A stretch of 32,000 nucleotides of DNA from Candidatus Hadarchaeota archaeon (GCA_964514965.1 CAZETV010000001.1:603063-635062), one strand, 5' to 3'. Numbered from the stretch's first letter, positions 9,796 through 19,019 are shown. Notes: generated by a model not told the origin, from the sequence alone. A program made the numbers and translations.

Positions 9796-11103
9796 ATGCT
9801 TGATTTAAAATTTGTGCGCAAAAATCCTGACCTTGTAAAAGCAGATTTGACCAAGCGAGGAGACCTAGCAAAAGTAAAGTTGGTCGACAATTTACTGAAA
9901 CACGATGAAAATTGGAGAAAGTTGGCAATAGAAACAAACAAATTGAGGGAAAAGCGCAACAGAATCACTGCGGAAATAGCGAGGCTTAAAAAAGAGAACA
10001 AGGATGTAACGGAGAAAACTAAAGAAGCAAAAAAAATCCCACAAAAAATAAAAAGTCTAGAACAGAAAGTGCAAGACTACAGAAAAAAAATTGATCATAT
10101 ACTCCTTAACCTTCCAAATTTAATGCACGAGTCTGTACCGCTAGGCAAGGACGAAAACGACAACGTCGAAATAAGAAAGTGGGGCGAGATACCCAAATTT
10201 GACTTCACACCAAAAGATCACATCGACCTAGCATTGAATCTCGACCTAGTTGACCTTGAGCGAGCTGCTAGGGTGGCTGGAGCGAGGTTCTATTACCTAA
10301 AGGGAGAACTTGTTCAGTTAAACTATGCCATAATAAAATTTGCACTCGATTTTATCACAAGAAAGGGGTTTGCTCTATTTCAGCCGCCTTACATGCTAAA
10401 GAAGAAACCACTCGAGGGGGCGGTCGCTTTGTCTGATTTTGAGGATACCATCTACAAAATTGAGGGAGAAGACCTCTACATGCTGGCTACTTCTGAGCAC
10501 GCGCTGCTGGCGTTACACATGAATGAGACATTGGATGGAAAAAGCTTGCCGATTAGGTATAGCGGAGTGAGTCCCTGTTTTAGGAAAGAGGCTGGAACCC
10601 ACGGCAGAGATACAAAAGGCATATTTCGGGTTCATCAGTTCGAAAAAGTCGAGCAATTCATCTTCTGTAAACCTGAGGACTCATGGAGACGACACGAGGA
10701 ATTGATTACCAACGCTGAAGAGATATTCCAAAAACTCGGGCTGCCTTACAGAGTAGTGAGCGTTTGCAGCGGCGACATGGGAACGGTAGCAGCGAAAAAA
10801 TACGACCTTGAAACTTGGCTGCCAGGTCAAGGAAAATATCGAGAGGCGGCTTCATGTAGCAATTGCACGTCATACCAAGCCGTCAGATCAAACATAAGAT
10901 ATAGAGACAAAACTGGTGAACCTTCAAAATTCGTTCACACCATAAATAGCACACTGGTGGCCACTGAACGGGTTTTAATATCTATTCTAGAAAACTATCA
11001 GCAGAGGGACGGCTCAATCCTAGTTCCGCCCGCATTGGTGCCATACCTCGGGGCCGAAAAAATAGGTCAGAAATTGGCGACTACAGGATGCTCTCAGCAG
11101 TAG
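9796..11103 (+). CDS. serS: Seryl-tRNA synthetase
   Basis: MLDLKFVRKNPD followed by a long coiled-coil arm. Class II core motifs present: GVSPCFRKEAG, FRVHQFEKVEQF, INSTLVATERVLISILENYQ. ATG 9796 has GGTGAGG 8 nt upstream; the ORF track begins at TTG 9790. Confidence 0.93.
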   Translation: MLDLKFVRKNPDLVKADLTKRGDLAKVKLVDNLLKHDENWRKLAIETNKLREKRNRITAEIARLKKENKDVTEKTKEAKKIPQKIKSLEQKVQDYRKKIDHILLNLPNLMHESVPLGKDENDNVEIRKWGEIPKFDFTPKDHIDLALNLDLVDLERAARVAGARFYYLKGELVQLNYAIIKFALDFITRKGFALFQPPYMLKKKPLEGAVALSDFEDTIYKIEGEDLYMLATSEHALLALHMNETLDGKSLPIRYSGVSPCFRKEAGTHGRDTKGIFRVHQFEKVEQFIFCKPEDSWRRHEELITNAEEIFQKLGLPYRVVSVCSGDMGTVAAKKYDLETWLPGQGKYREAASCSNCTSYQAVRSNIRYRDKTGEPSKFVHTINSTLVATERVLISILENYQQRDGSILVPPALVPYLGAEKIGQKLATTGCSQQ

Positions 11104-11320
11104 AAGTGCACGCCAGCAAGTCGTCGAGCGTTGCCAAGAGAGTTTCAATTTTGCCGTCAAGCTCTATCGTGCTGACCACTTGCGTACCCCGTGCATCTGT
11201 CACCACCAGAATACCTTTTGGAGCTTGATGGCTGTCTGGTCTTAGCGCAACGGCTATCGCCTTTGAAATACCCCTGCTTCCATAGGTGCAGCTCACTTCC
11301 GCGCGCATTCTCATAAGCAT
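11081..11320 (-). CDS. pcc1: Pcc1-like KEOPS subunit (about 79 aa)
   Basis: MLMRMRAEVSCTYGSRGISKAIAVALRPD...VVSTIELDGKIETLLATLDDLLACTSTAESIL follows the Pcc1/CTAG pattern of a beta strand, an A..I..AL.P(D/E) helix, and a C-terminal L.ATL(D/N).LL helix. I chose the first Met downstream of the recJ-like stop. The 3' end overlaps serS by 23 nt. Confidence 0.6.
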   Translation of the reverse strand: MLMRMRAEVSCTYGSRGISKAIAVALRPDSHQAPKGILVVTDARGTQVVSTIELDGKIETLLATLDDLLACTSTAESIL

Positions 11321-11330
11321 CCCCCGCAGC

Positions 11331-12788
11331 TCATTCACTGCCTCCCGAGAGCATTTGGTCGACCTTAGCGATAAATTCGTCCATCCTCTCCCGTGGTATT
11401 CGCGCCGCGGCCGAGACATCGTGACCTCCGCCATTCCCCCCTACCGCTTTCGCAGCTTCAGCCAGAGCCCGCCCAACATCTACACCTTGCATCGCTAGTC
11501 TGGAGGTACTTCGGGCCGAGACCTTGAGCTCCTTCGCGCTAACGTCTGTGATCCCTAGAATCGGGCGGTCTGCGGCGACGAGCCCGGACTCTATCGCGAG
11601 CGCGAGCGCTTCGCCCACCATGCTCGAACCGACCTTACTGCCGAAGTTTATGTACTTCAATCTTGGCGTGAGTTTGAAGGAGTCGAGGTGGGAGACGAAC
11701 CATTCTAGCACTTTCAGCATTTGCTCTTGGTGGCTTTTCAATAGGGCGAGCGCCTCAGCCTGCGCTGATTGATCACCCACCGCCACGGCGAAGCCGAACT
11801 CGGGTTTGCGGAGATTGGTGCAGGCGTCAAGCATCGCTGCGTATTCCCTGATGTCACGTGGGCCAACCAAGTCATCCGTAACTAATGTGTAAGTTGCTCC
11901 CCAAAGCATACGGTAGAACTCTTCATTAGTTGGAGTGCCGACTCGAGCCGGGATTGCATCCCGCAGTTTTCGCTCCGCCTCCAATCCGAGTTCGGCCAAA
12001 GTACTGGAGGGCGAGAGACCAAGTGCGTCAACGATGGAGCGACAAGCAGATGGGTCTCCAGAAAGGGAAGAAATGTAAGGCCGCGTCATTAATCTTAAAC
12101 ATTCTACGACAGGATTCAAGGTGCGCCCAACCAGTCTAAGTCCCTTGCCCACTCGCAGGAATCCTAAGTCGATCGCCCGCTTCACTAAAATCTCATTGAT
12201 GCCGGTGAAACCCGAGGAGAGCTCTTGACGGTCACCGATTGCTCCCGCGATCGCGAGCCCAACAAGGGGTCTGAAGATCCGGTCTAGCTGCTCAACGACT
12301 GAGTAAACTGCACCGCTAGCGCTCACGTCTTTCGCGCCGTTTAGCCCGCACACATGAGGGTTCAAATAAGCTAAGTTGGGGTGGTCCAGAAATTTCCCGG
12401 GGTGGTGATCTATTACTAGGACATCGCGCTTCTTACCGAGGATGAACTTGTGAATCGCTTCAATCTGACTGCTCCCTTGGTCGAAGAATATGAAGAAATC
12501 GTGTTTTCCCTTCCCGAGTTCGGCTATTTCGTCCGGCTTTAACGGACGTGTGAACTCGACGTTAAGGGGAACGTTGTATATGTAAAGACATCTCGCCATA
12601 ATCGCTGCTGCGGCTACACCGTCGGCATCTGCATGGGAGATGACCTTGACGCGGGTGTCGCCGCCTAGCCTCGGCTTAAGGAATGAAATTACCCCATCAA
12701 CAGCCCACTGAAACTTTCTAACCTCAGCACGACTAGGCGGAACTTTAACCACCTTTTGGTGATTTCCTCTTTTATTTATTCGCTTCAA
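11331..12788 (-). CDS. Archaeal RecJ-like DHH/DHHA1 phosphoesterase (RecJ/Cdc45/GAN family nuclease)
   Basis: DHH motifs VISHADADGV, FFDQGS, VIDHHPG. DHHA1 motif GGNGGGHDVSAAARI. The start is uncertain: TTG 12788 in the track, with an alternative GTG near 12752. Confidence 0.8.
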   Translation of the reverse strand: MKRINKRGNHQKVVKVPPSRAEVRKFQWAVDGVISFLKPRLGGDTRVKVISHADADGVAAAAIMARCLYIYNVPLNVEFTRPLKPDEIAELGKGKHDFFIFFDQGSSQIEAIHKFILGKKRDVLVIDHHPGKFLDHPNLAYLNPHVCGLNGAKDVSASGAVYSVVEQLDRIFRPLVGLAIAGAIGDRQELSSGFTGINEILVKRAIDLGFLRVGKGLRLVGRTLNPVVECLRLMTRPYISSLSGDPSACRSIVDALGLSPSSTLAELGLEAERKLRDAIPARVGTPTNEEFYRMLWGATYTLVTDDLVGPRDIREYAAMLDACTNLRKPEFGFAVAVGDQSAQAEALALLKSHQEQMLKVLEWFVSHLDSFKLTPRLKYINFGSKVGSSMVGEALALAIESGLVAADRPILGITDVSAKELKVSARSTSRLAMQGVDVGRALAEAAKAVGGNGGGHDVSAAARIPRERMDEFIAKVDQMLSGGSE

Positions 12789-12896
12789 CTATTAACGCTT
12801 ACCAGAGAATTCATCGGCGCTGTTAACTTAAGTTTTGATGAAAAGTGAGGTATATATTGTTTTTACTACAGCATGAAAAGGGATGGGAGACGGCCA

Positions 12897-14135
12897 ATGA
12901 TTATCCTACTCGTCTATATTATAGGCATTCTCCTTTGCCTCCTGATGGCGTGGAACCTAGGGGCAAATGACGCTGCTAACCCTACTGACTGTGCAGTGGG
13001 CTCAGGCGCCATCTCGATGAAAAAAGCGATTATCCTCTTTGCGATATTTGCTTCGCTCGGCGGAATACTCCTTGGCCCATTCGTGATGAAAACAATCGAT
13101 CAGGGCATCATCCCCAAGGAGGCACTGCCTGAAGGAGTGATGATTCTAGGAAGTTTCGCCGCGATACTTGCAGCGGGCCTCTTCGTTGCCTTTTGCACAT
13201 GGAAAGGCTTGCCAACTTCCACTACCCACTCCATCGTTGGCGGAGTTCTGGGTTTTGGACTCATCGCATCTCCTCAATTGGTGAACTGGGATAAGGTTTT
13301 CATAATTTTTGGCAGCTTGTTGATTTCACCTATCTTATCCGTTTTTGTAGCGTTTGGCCTCTTCTATGCCTTCCGCGCATACTTTAGAAAACCTAGGAAG
13401 AGACAAACGAACCTAATCTTGAGCTATCTACTCCTCTTCGCCCTAGGTTTCTCCACCACGCTTGCCATTTGCCAGAAAGTTCTTCAATTCCCCCCGCTTG
13501 AATCTCTCGTTGTAACTTTACTGAGTGCGATAATGCTAGGAACCATTGGTACAACTTGGATCCACAAAAGGTATCAAACCACAAAAAGCGGTAATCGCGC
13601 AGATAAGACTGGGACTATAAAACTTATGTCCAACCTCCTCATCATAGCTCTATGTTTTTCTGCTTTCGCGTTTGGTGCGAACGACATGGCAAATGCTACC
13701 GGAGCCTTCGTAACCCCCACCATGGCAATATCGGGGGCACCGACAATGGAAGTTATGATATTACTCGCCTTGCTCGGAAGCTTTGGCATGACAGTAGGCG
13801 GTCTTACTTGGGGTTACCGTGTGATTAGAACTGCAAGCTTCAGGGTTACGCGTCTTGATCCACTGACCGGGCTCGCAGGCGAGTACTCTAACGCGTTGGT
13901 AATCATCCTTTTCACGATTGTCCCGTACTATCTCATCGGGTTTGGAATACCCATTTCCACTACCCATTCAAGCATAGGTTCAATCATAGGCGTTGGTATA
14001 GCTTCAATGGGTTTTGGAGGCGTGAACAAACGTACGGTTGGAAGAATCATTTTGGCATGGGGGCTAACTATTCCCGTCGTAGTTATTTTGAGCGCGGTAT
14101 TATTCGGACTGTTCAACATTTTCATACCAACGTGA
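12897..14135 (+). CDS. pit: Inorganic phosphate transporter, PiT family
   Basis: The duplicated PiT signature is present (NLGANDAANPT and FGANDMANATG), along with about 10 hydrophobic segments. ATG 12897 is preferred over 12873 because the TATA-like TATATATT at 12851-12858 is too close to 12873, and GGGAGA lies 7 nt upstream of 12897. Confidence 0.86.
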   Translation: MIILLVYIIGILLCLLMAWNLGANDAANPTDCAVGSGAISMKKAIILFAIFASLGGILLGPFVMKTIDQGIIPKEALPEGVMILGSFAAILAAGLFVAFCTWKGLPTSTTHSIVGGVLGFGLIASPQLVNWDKVFIIFGSLLISPILSVFVAFGLFYAFRAYFRKPRKRQTNLILSYLLLFALGFSTTLAICQKVLQFPPLESLVVTLLSAIMLGTIGTTWIHKRYQTTKSGNRADKTGTIKLMSNLLIIALCFSAFAFGANDMANATGAFVTPTMAISGAPTMEVMILLALLGSFGMTVGGLTWGYRVIRTASFRVTRLDPLTGLAGEYSNALVIILFTIVPYYLIGFGIPISTTHSSIGSIIGVGIASMGFGGVNKRTVGRIILAWGLTIPVVVILSAVLFGLFNIFIPT

Positions 14136-14188
14136 TAAGATGACGTATTTTAAATAGAACAATTTCAATATCTCTTGGAGGTATAAGA

Positions 14189-14866
14189 TTGAAATCAAGA
14201 AGTTCGCTGATTTGGCTAGGAAAAGAAAAGGAAAAGGACATCATCAAGCTTTGCGAGGAGCACATGACCAAACTCATTGCGACCATCATCGGGTTAAAAA
14301 AGACAGTCTACGCTTTTTGCGAATCGGACGCGACAAAGATGAAGAGTGCCTTCAAGGAAGTCGCCGATAGAGAAAGAGAAGCGGACGAAATTAAGAGAAA
14401 AGTCATCGAAAAACTCTCCAAGGGAATTTTTCATCCGATAAATCGAGAAGAGATTATAAGGCTCATTCTAACAGCTGACGATATCGCGACGAATGCTGAA
14501 GCGGCGACGAGAAGGTTGAAAATAATCCCCATAGGAAAAATCGATAAGGAGCTGAAGACGGGACTAAAGGCTATGTCCGATAACCTCGTAGACATAGTAG
14601 AGTCGGTGAGCAACGCGCTGAGGATGTTAACCCAAAACCCAAGCGAAGCGATTAATCTAGCAAACGAAGCGGAGATGATAGAGGAGAGAATCGATGAGTT
14701 CCGGATGAATCAACTTGTGCCGAAACTCGTCACTTGGATCAATCGATCGAAGACGGCCGGATTTTGTGTGATGTTAAAGGAAACAATCGATAGAATGGAG
14801 AATGTTGCGGATCGTTGCGAAGATGTCGCGGACGTGATAAGGAGCATCGTGATAAGTTACGCTTGA
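14189..14866 (+). CDS. DUF47/PhoU-like phosphate transport regulator (PiT-associated)
   Basis: All-helical 225-aa protein directly after pit, which is the classical PiT-DUF47 pair. The TTG start has GGAGGT (14177-14182) upstream. Confidence 0.72.
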   Translation: MKSRSSLIWLGKEKEKDIIKLCEEHMTKLIATIIGLKKTVYAFCESDATKMKSAFKEVADREREADEIKRKVIEKLSKGIFHPINREEIIRLILTADDIATNAEAATRRLKIIPIGKIDKELKTGLKAMSDNLVDIVESVSNALRMLTQNPSEAINLANEAEMIEERIDEFRMNQLVPKLVTWINRSKTAGFCVMLKETIDRMENVADRCEDVADVIRSIVISYA

Positions 14867-14988
14867 GGCAGATGATAAGCAAAAAGTTGAACTGATTAAT
14901 TAGTCCAGACGCGGATTTTGAAATCGACGAAAAAATAAATTTATAAAACGGGCCAGCTTTTTAGGTATTCAAAGAACTTTTTTACCAA

Positions 14989-15543
14989 TCACTTTACTTT
15001 AGGTAAAGTTATTTCCTTTTGTTTTTGATAAATGCCTTTTTTGTCTTTGTAGCTAAACAAACATTCTTCATCGCTCTCCAGAAAAATTACCTGCACTATC
15101 CCCTCGTCCGCGTAAACCTTTGCGGGCCCCGGACCCAAGTTAGCGATTTCTATCGTGACAAATCCCTCCCATTCACTCTCTAAAGGAGTGATATTGACCA
15201 CCACTCCGCACCGGGCATAAGTGGATTTCCCAAAGCACAGAGCCAGAACTTTCCTAGGGATTCTGAAATATTCGACTGACCTCCCGAGCACAAAAGAGTT
15301 CGGGGGAATCTCACATGTTTTTCCTTTAAAATCTCTGAACAGATTTGAGTCGAAATTTTTTGGATCGAGTCCGCTTTCTGCTTTGGGTTCATAAATTTTG
15401 AAATCGTCCGCTAGGCGCATATCGTAACCATAACTTGAAAGACCGTAGGAAATGACGCCCTCTCGAACTTGGTGGTCGACGAAAGGTTCTATCATCCTGT
15501 GCTTGAGGGCCATCTCGCTTATCCATCGGTCGGATTTTAACAT
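14989..15543 (-). CDS. dcd: dCTP deaminase (possibly dUMP-forming; not distinguishable by eye)
   Basis: MLKSDRWI...MIEPF...[14 protein letters not shown]...GFVTIEIAN... is typical of the Dcd/dUTPase-fold trimer family. Confidence 0.87.
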   Translation of the reverse strand: MLKSDRWISEMALKHRMIEPFVDHQVREGVISYGLSSYGYDMRLADDFKIYEPKAESGLDPKNFDSNLFRDFKGKTCEIPPNSFVLGRSVEYFRIPRKVLALCFGKSTYARCGVVVNITPLESEWEGFVTIEIANLGPGPAKVYADEGIVQVIFLESDEECLFSYKDKKGIYQKQKEITLPKVK

Positions 15544-15656
15544 GTTTGCTCAGTCCACTAGTAAAAAGATTATCGCAATTAAGTTTAACTCTTAAAGATA
15601 GATGGTTGAAGATGTTTAGTTGACGCTTTTCAAATAAAATTAAAAACCGTTGTTAG

Positions 15657-16136
15657 TTAAGTGGCTGTTTTCAAAACAAGTTTGGCTATTCTGTGACCGT
15701 ACTCTCTACACGAATTTTTACTTCTGTCATCCGGTTTCTCGATGGCCACGGGTCCATAGTGGTCACCATCTGGCGTTCCCTGAACCACCATGCCATGAAT
15801 CAATAAGGCCTGCAATATGCTCACTATCGTTGTCTCGTTGCCACCGGCGATGCCGCCCGAAGAAGAAAAAGCCCCGCCAACTTTCCCTGCTAAGTCTCCG
15901 TGAAATTCAACGCTATCGTCTATGAGCTTCTTAATCTCTGCGGCCATAGACCCGTAGTAGGTCGGGGATCCGATGACTATGCCGTCAAAATCAAGCAACT
16001 CTTCAACTTTAGTATCCTGCACAGCCTTCACCTCAACCCCAACATCCTTTTCTCTTCGTACACCCTCGGCTATCAACTCGGCCATCTCCTTTGTGTGCCC
16101 AGTTTTCGAATGATAAAGGACCAAAACTTTCGGCAT
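15657..16136 (-). CDS. Flavodoxin-like FMN protein (WrbA/NAD(P)H:quinone oxidoreductase-like)
   Basis: MPKVLVLYHSKTGHTKEMAELIAEG...DGIVIGSPTYYGSMAAEIKKLID... are flavodoxin-fold FMN-binding loops. Confidence 0.8.
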   Translation of the reverse strand: MPKVLVLYHSKTGHTKEMAELIAEGVRREKDVGVEVKAVQDTKVEELLDFDGIVIGSPTYYGSMAAEIKKLIDDSVEFHGDLAGKVGGAFSSSGGIAGGNETTIVSILQALLIHGMVVQGTPDGDHYGPVAIEKPDDRSKNSCREYGHRIAKLVLKTAT

Positions 16137-16270
16137 TCAACATCCCTCCAACTTTTTTTCCATCCTTGCTTTTTTTATTTGTACGATTAAAAAGTTGTTG
16201 TCTTTAATCTATTTTGAAAATCAGAGTAGTGGATTGATGCCATACATGAGCAGACAACAAAAACGCAACC

Positions 16271-16318
16271 TTTATATAGATTAGTTGCATAGACAACTAA
16301 ATAGTTGCGTTTGCAACT
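16271..16318 (+). promoter_or_regulatory. MarR-MATE promoter: TATA box plus two inverted repeats sharing a TAGTTGC half-site (candidate MarR operators)
   Basis: TTTATATA at 16271-16278. IR1 is TAGTTG-cataga-CAACTA at 16282-16299. IR2 is AGTTGC-gttt-GCAACT at 16303-16318. TAGTTGC recurs with 20-bp spacing (16282 and 16302). Confidence 0.55.
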
Positions 16319-16320
16319 GT

Positions 16321-16776
16321 GTGATATCAACGCCATCAACGAAAAGTGCAAGTAAAATTAGTCATGAATCAGTTGGGAGACTGGCATCCTGCATTTACAG
16401 ATATGGTTTAATCCACATAGGCAATGAATTGAAACCTTACAATATCGGGGGCGGGCAATTTAATTTCTTAATGGTTTTATATCAAAATGATGGAATTAAT
16501 CAAGAAACTCTTGCTCAATCCCTTAAATTAGATAAAGCGACGACTGCACGAGCAATAACAAAGTTGGTTAAAGAGGGCTATGTGGCCCGGCAGAGGGACG
16601 ATTTGGATCTAAGAGCGTACAAACTTTTTCTTACCAAAAAAGCAAAAAAAATAGAGCCCATAATAAAAAAAATATTATCGGGATGGACCGAAACTCTTTT
16701 ATCCGGTTTTACTGAGGACGAAAGAAAATTGTTTTTAGATTTTTTAAAACGAACAGTCCAGAACGCGACATTTTAA
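16321..16776 (+). CDS. MarR-family winged-helix transcriptional regulator
   Basis: QFNFLMVLYQNDGINQETLAQSLKLDKATTARAITKLVKEGYVARQRDDLDLRAYKLFLTKKA is a canonical MarR wHTH. GTG 16321 was chosen because the track start (TTG 16285) lies only 7 nt from the TATA box. The start remains uncertain. Confidence 0.8.
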   Translation: MISTPSTKSASKISHESVGRLASCIYRYGLIHIGNELKPYNIGGGQFNFLMVLYQNDGINQETLAQSLKLDKATTARAITKLVKEGYVARQRDDLDLRAYKLFLTKKAKKIEPIIKKILSGWTETLLSGFTEDERKLFLDFLKRTVQNATF

Positions 16777-16784
16777 AATAGAAA

Positions 16785-18215
16785 ATGGAGACTGCTTTCA
16801 TGAGAGACAGAGAATTTAAAAATAACATTCTCGATTTGCCATCTAAGGAAATAGAGACAGAAGGCGTCAAAACGCTTCTCGGGGAACCTAAAAAAGCCAT
16901 TGTCAAACTTGCAATACCGCTTATAATCGCGATGTCAGTACAAACATTATATAATCTCGTTGATGCAATTTGGGTTTCTGGTCTTGGCGCTGACGCACTC
17001 GCCGCCATCGGCTTTGTATTCCCATTTTACTTTATGGCCATCGCACTTTCTACCGGGATAGGTGTAGGTGTTGGGTCTGCCATATCGCGCAAAATCGGTG
17101 CTAGGGATAAAGAGGGCGCGGACAATGTAGCTGTTCATTCAATAATTATAATGCTGTTACTTACAGTTGTTTTTACCATACCCCTTTTTGTTTTTGCTGG
17201 AGATATTTTTGTCCTAATCGGCGCCGGTAAAACAGCGGGCATGGCCGCGGCCTATGGCAGCGTTATCTTTGCTGGTGGTATCTTTATTTTTTTCAGCAAT
17301 ACAGCTAATTCCATACTCCGGAGTGAAGGGGATGTCAAGAGAGCCATGTATGCCACGATGCTGGGTGCTGGCCTAAATATGGTATTGGACCCGATTTTTA
17401 TCTACACTTTTAACATGGGTGTTGCGGGCGCTGCCTGGGCCACAATCATGTCTTTGAGTGTTACATCTATCCTAATGGCAAACTGGTTATTCCTCAAAAA
17501 GAACACATATGTTTCGTTCAAATTCAGTAATTTCAAATTCAATAAAAACATCGTTAAAGATATTTTTGGAGTTGGGCTTCCGGCTTCAATATCACAGTTG
17601 TCCATGGCGCTCATTATGATAATAATAAACGTCATAATAGTGATGTTGGGGACAGGCAGTACCGATGGAGTAGCGGTATACACAACAGGATGGAGAGTTG
17701 TAACGATAGCAACCCTGCCATTGCTTGGCATCGCCACCGCTGTTGTCCCGGTAAGTGGCGCTGCTTTTGGTGCACGCTCCTTCGAGAAGTTAAAAGTTTC
17801 TCACTTCTATGCCGTGAAGATCGGTGCCATGATAGAGGTAGTTATAGCAGCGGTGACATTCATTTTTGCCCCCCAGATAGCTGCGGTATTCACACAATCT
17901 GAAGGAGCGGCACATATCGCACCCGATTTAATATTTTTCCTTAGAATAATTTGCATTTTTTACCCAGCAGCGGCATTCGGAATGCTTTCTGCTTCGGTTT
18001 TCCAAGGAACTGGAAAGGGGATAAATGCTCTAATCGCCACAATTTTGCGGACGCTTATCCTAACTCCATTATTTGTGGTCGTATTAGCTTTCAGCTTTAA
18101 CATAGGACTGATTGGAATCTGGTTGGGCATAGTCGCGGCAAATATCATTGGTTCAGTAGTAGCATTCTCATGGGCTAGGCTGTACATAGTCAAACTACTA
18201 AGGCCCGCTCCATAA
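16785..18215 (+). CDS. MATE-family multidrug/oligosaccharide efflux transporter
   Basis: 476 aa with about 12 hydrophobic helices. The N-terminal LAIPLIIAMSVQTLYNLVDAIWVSGLG is typical of MATE/NorM-DinF proteins. It starts 8 nt after marR. Confidence 0.87.
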   Translation: METAFMRDREFKNNILDLPSKEIETEGVKTLLGEPKKAIVKLAIPLIIAMSVQTLYNLVDAIWVSGLGADALAAIGFVFPFYFMAIALSTGIGVGVGSAISRKIGARDKEGADNVAVHSIIIMLLLTVVFTIPLFVFAGDIFVLIGAGKTAGMAAAYGSVIFAGGIFIFFSNTANSILRSEGDVKRAMYATMLGAGLNMVLDPIFIYTFNMGVAGAAWATIMSLSVTSILMANWLFLKKNTYVSFKFSNFKFNKNIVKDIFGVGLPASISQLSMALIMIIINVIIVMLGTGSTDGVAVYTTGWRVVTIATLPLLGIATAVVPVSGAAFGARSFEKLKVSHFYAVKIGAMIEVVIAAVTFIFAPQIAAVFTQSEGAAHIAPDLIFFLRIICIFYPAAAFGMLSASVFQGTGKGINALIATILRTLILTPLFVVVLAFSFNIGLIGIWLGIVAANIIGSVVAFSWARLYIVKLLRPAP

Positions 18216-18224
18216 TCGAGGGAT

Positions 18225-19019
18225 TTAGACTGCCGGAGAGAGCCAAATAAGTGCTAATAAGATAATTATAATTGCGATTATTAGCACCGCAGAAATCAAA
18301 AAACGATGCGGTCTAGATTCTTTAACTGGAGTTTCAACAGGTTCTATCCGGCTGCCAGTTTCAACAGGCCCTATACGGCGCCCACTTAAAATGTCCAATA
18401 TCTTCCATCTTTTATCAAGCTCTTCTTTTTCTTTTAGTTTCAAATAGGGTGGATACTCTGGGCAAGGATGACCATCTTTTCTCCATTCATCCATTTCTTT
18501 TGGTTTGCCTTTAAATGGTGGAAGCATGGGAATTTTTGGGTTTAGGTGTTTTTCACAAAAATTTTTCCCGCAATATCTGCATACATGAAGTTTTATTTTT
18601 GTTCTACACGGATGATAGGAACAAACGTTTTTTCGTGGGCGATGTGTTTTAGATTTAACACGATGTCCAGAGCTTTTTTTACTTCCATCAACTACAACCA
18701 CTCCGGAAGGGGGACGCCAAATCCCGATTTCGATTTCAGCTTGTGCTTGCGCATGTTTTCCATCATGTTCTATCGAGATTAGGTGGGCCACTTCATGGGC
18801 GGCCACTTTGTCAATTTGATCGAGAGTAAGTTCTTCGAGCCTCTTTTTCCATATGCAAATAATTCTCTCCTCTATGTGGATGTGTGCTATATCACCTGAA
18901 GAGAAGGGACACGGGTTTTCAGTTATAGAAACACGAGGTGGCGGGTCGAGACCTTTCTCCTCAGAACACCTTCGAACTGCGTTTTCGAAGGCTGTCTTTT
19001 TCATCTCAAATAAACCCAT
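18225..19019 (-). CDS. Tail-anchored protein with a minimal HExxH-x5-H zincin-like domain, an AN1-type zinc finger, a 9-aa tandem repeat and a C-terminal TM helix
   Basis: AAHEVAHLISIEH (residues 73-85, nt about 18765-18797). CSYHPC-x8-CRYC-x4-CEKH...HPC (residues 133-186). RIGPVETGS/RIEPVETPV repeat. C-terminal FLISAVLIIAIIIILLALIWL. GGAGAG lies 6 nt upstream of ATG 19019. Confidence 0.6.
   Translation of the reverse strand: MGLFEMKKTAFENAVRRCSEEKGLDPPPRVSITENPCPFSSGDIAHIHIEERIICIWKKRLEELTLDQIDKVAAHEVAHLISIEHDGKHAQAQAEIEIGIWRPPSGVVVVDGSKKSSGHRVKSKTHRPRKNVCSYHPCRTKIKLHVCRYCGKNFCEKHLNPKIPMLPPFKGKPKEMDEWRKDGHPCPEYPPYLKLKEKEELDKRWKILDILSGRRIGPVETGSRIEPVETPVKESRPHRFLISAVLIIAIIIILLALIWLSPAV
18331..18379. 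repeat. Two copies of a 22-nt direct repeat at 27-nt offset inside the zincin-AN1 gene
   Basis: gtttcaacaggttctatccggc (18331-18352) versus gtttcaacaggccctatacggc (18358-18379) match at 19/22 positions. They encode the 9-aa repeat just before the TM anchor. Confidence 0.8.

Noticed and set aside
9666-10001. 111-aa minus-strand ORF across the S3Ae/serS divergent promoter and the serS 5' end.
   Set aside because: It is an AT-rich, Phe/Ser/Leu/Asn-rich translation that covers an intergenic promoter region and is antisense to the serS coiled-coil. It has no recognisable features.
10021-10090. A8 homopolymer runs inside serS (10030-10037, 10083-10090) and inside marR (16643-16650, 16666-16673), considered as possible slippage or phase-variation sites.
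   Set aside because: They encode Lys-rich helices in frame (KKI, KKK), which is ordinary for AT-leaning Lys codons. There is no evidence of frameshifting in this sequence.
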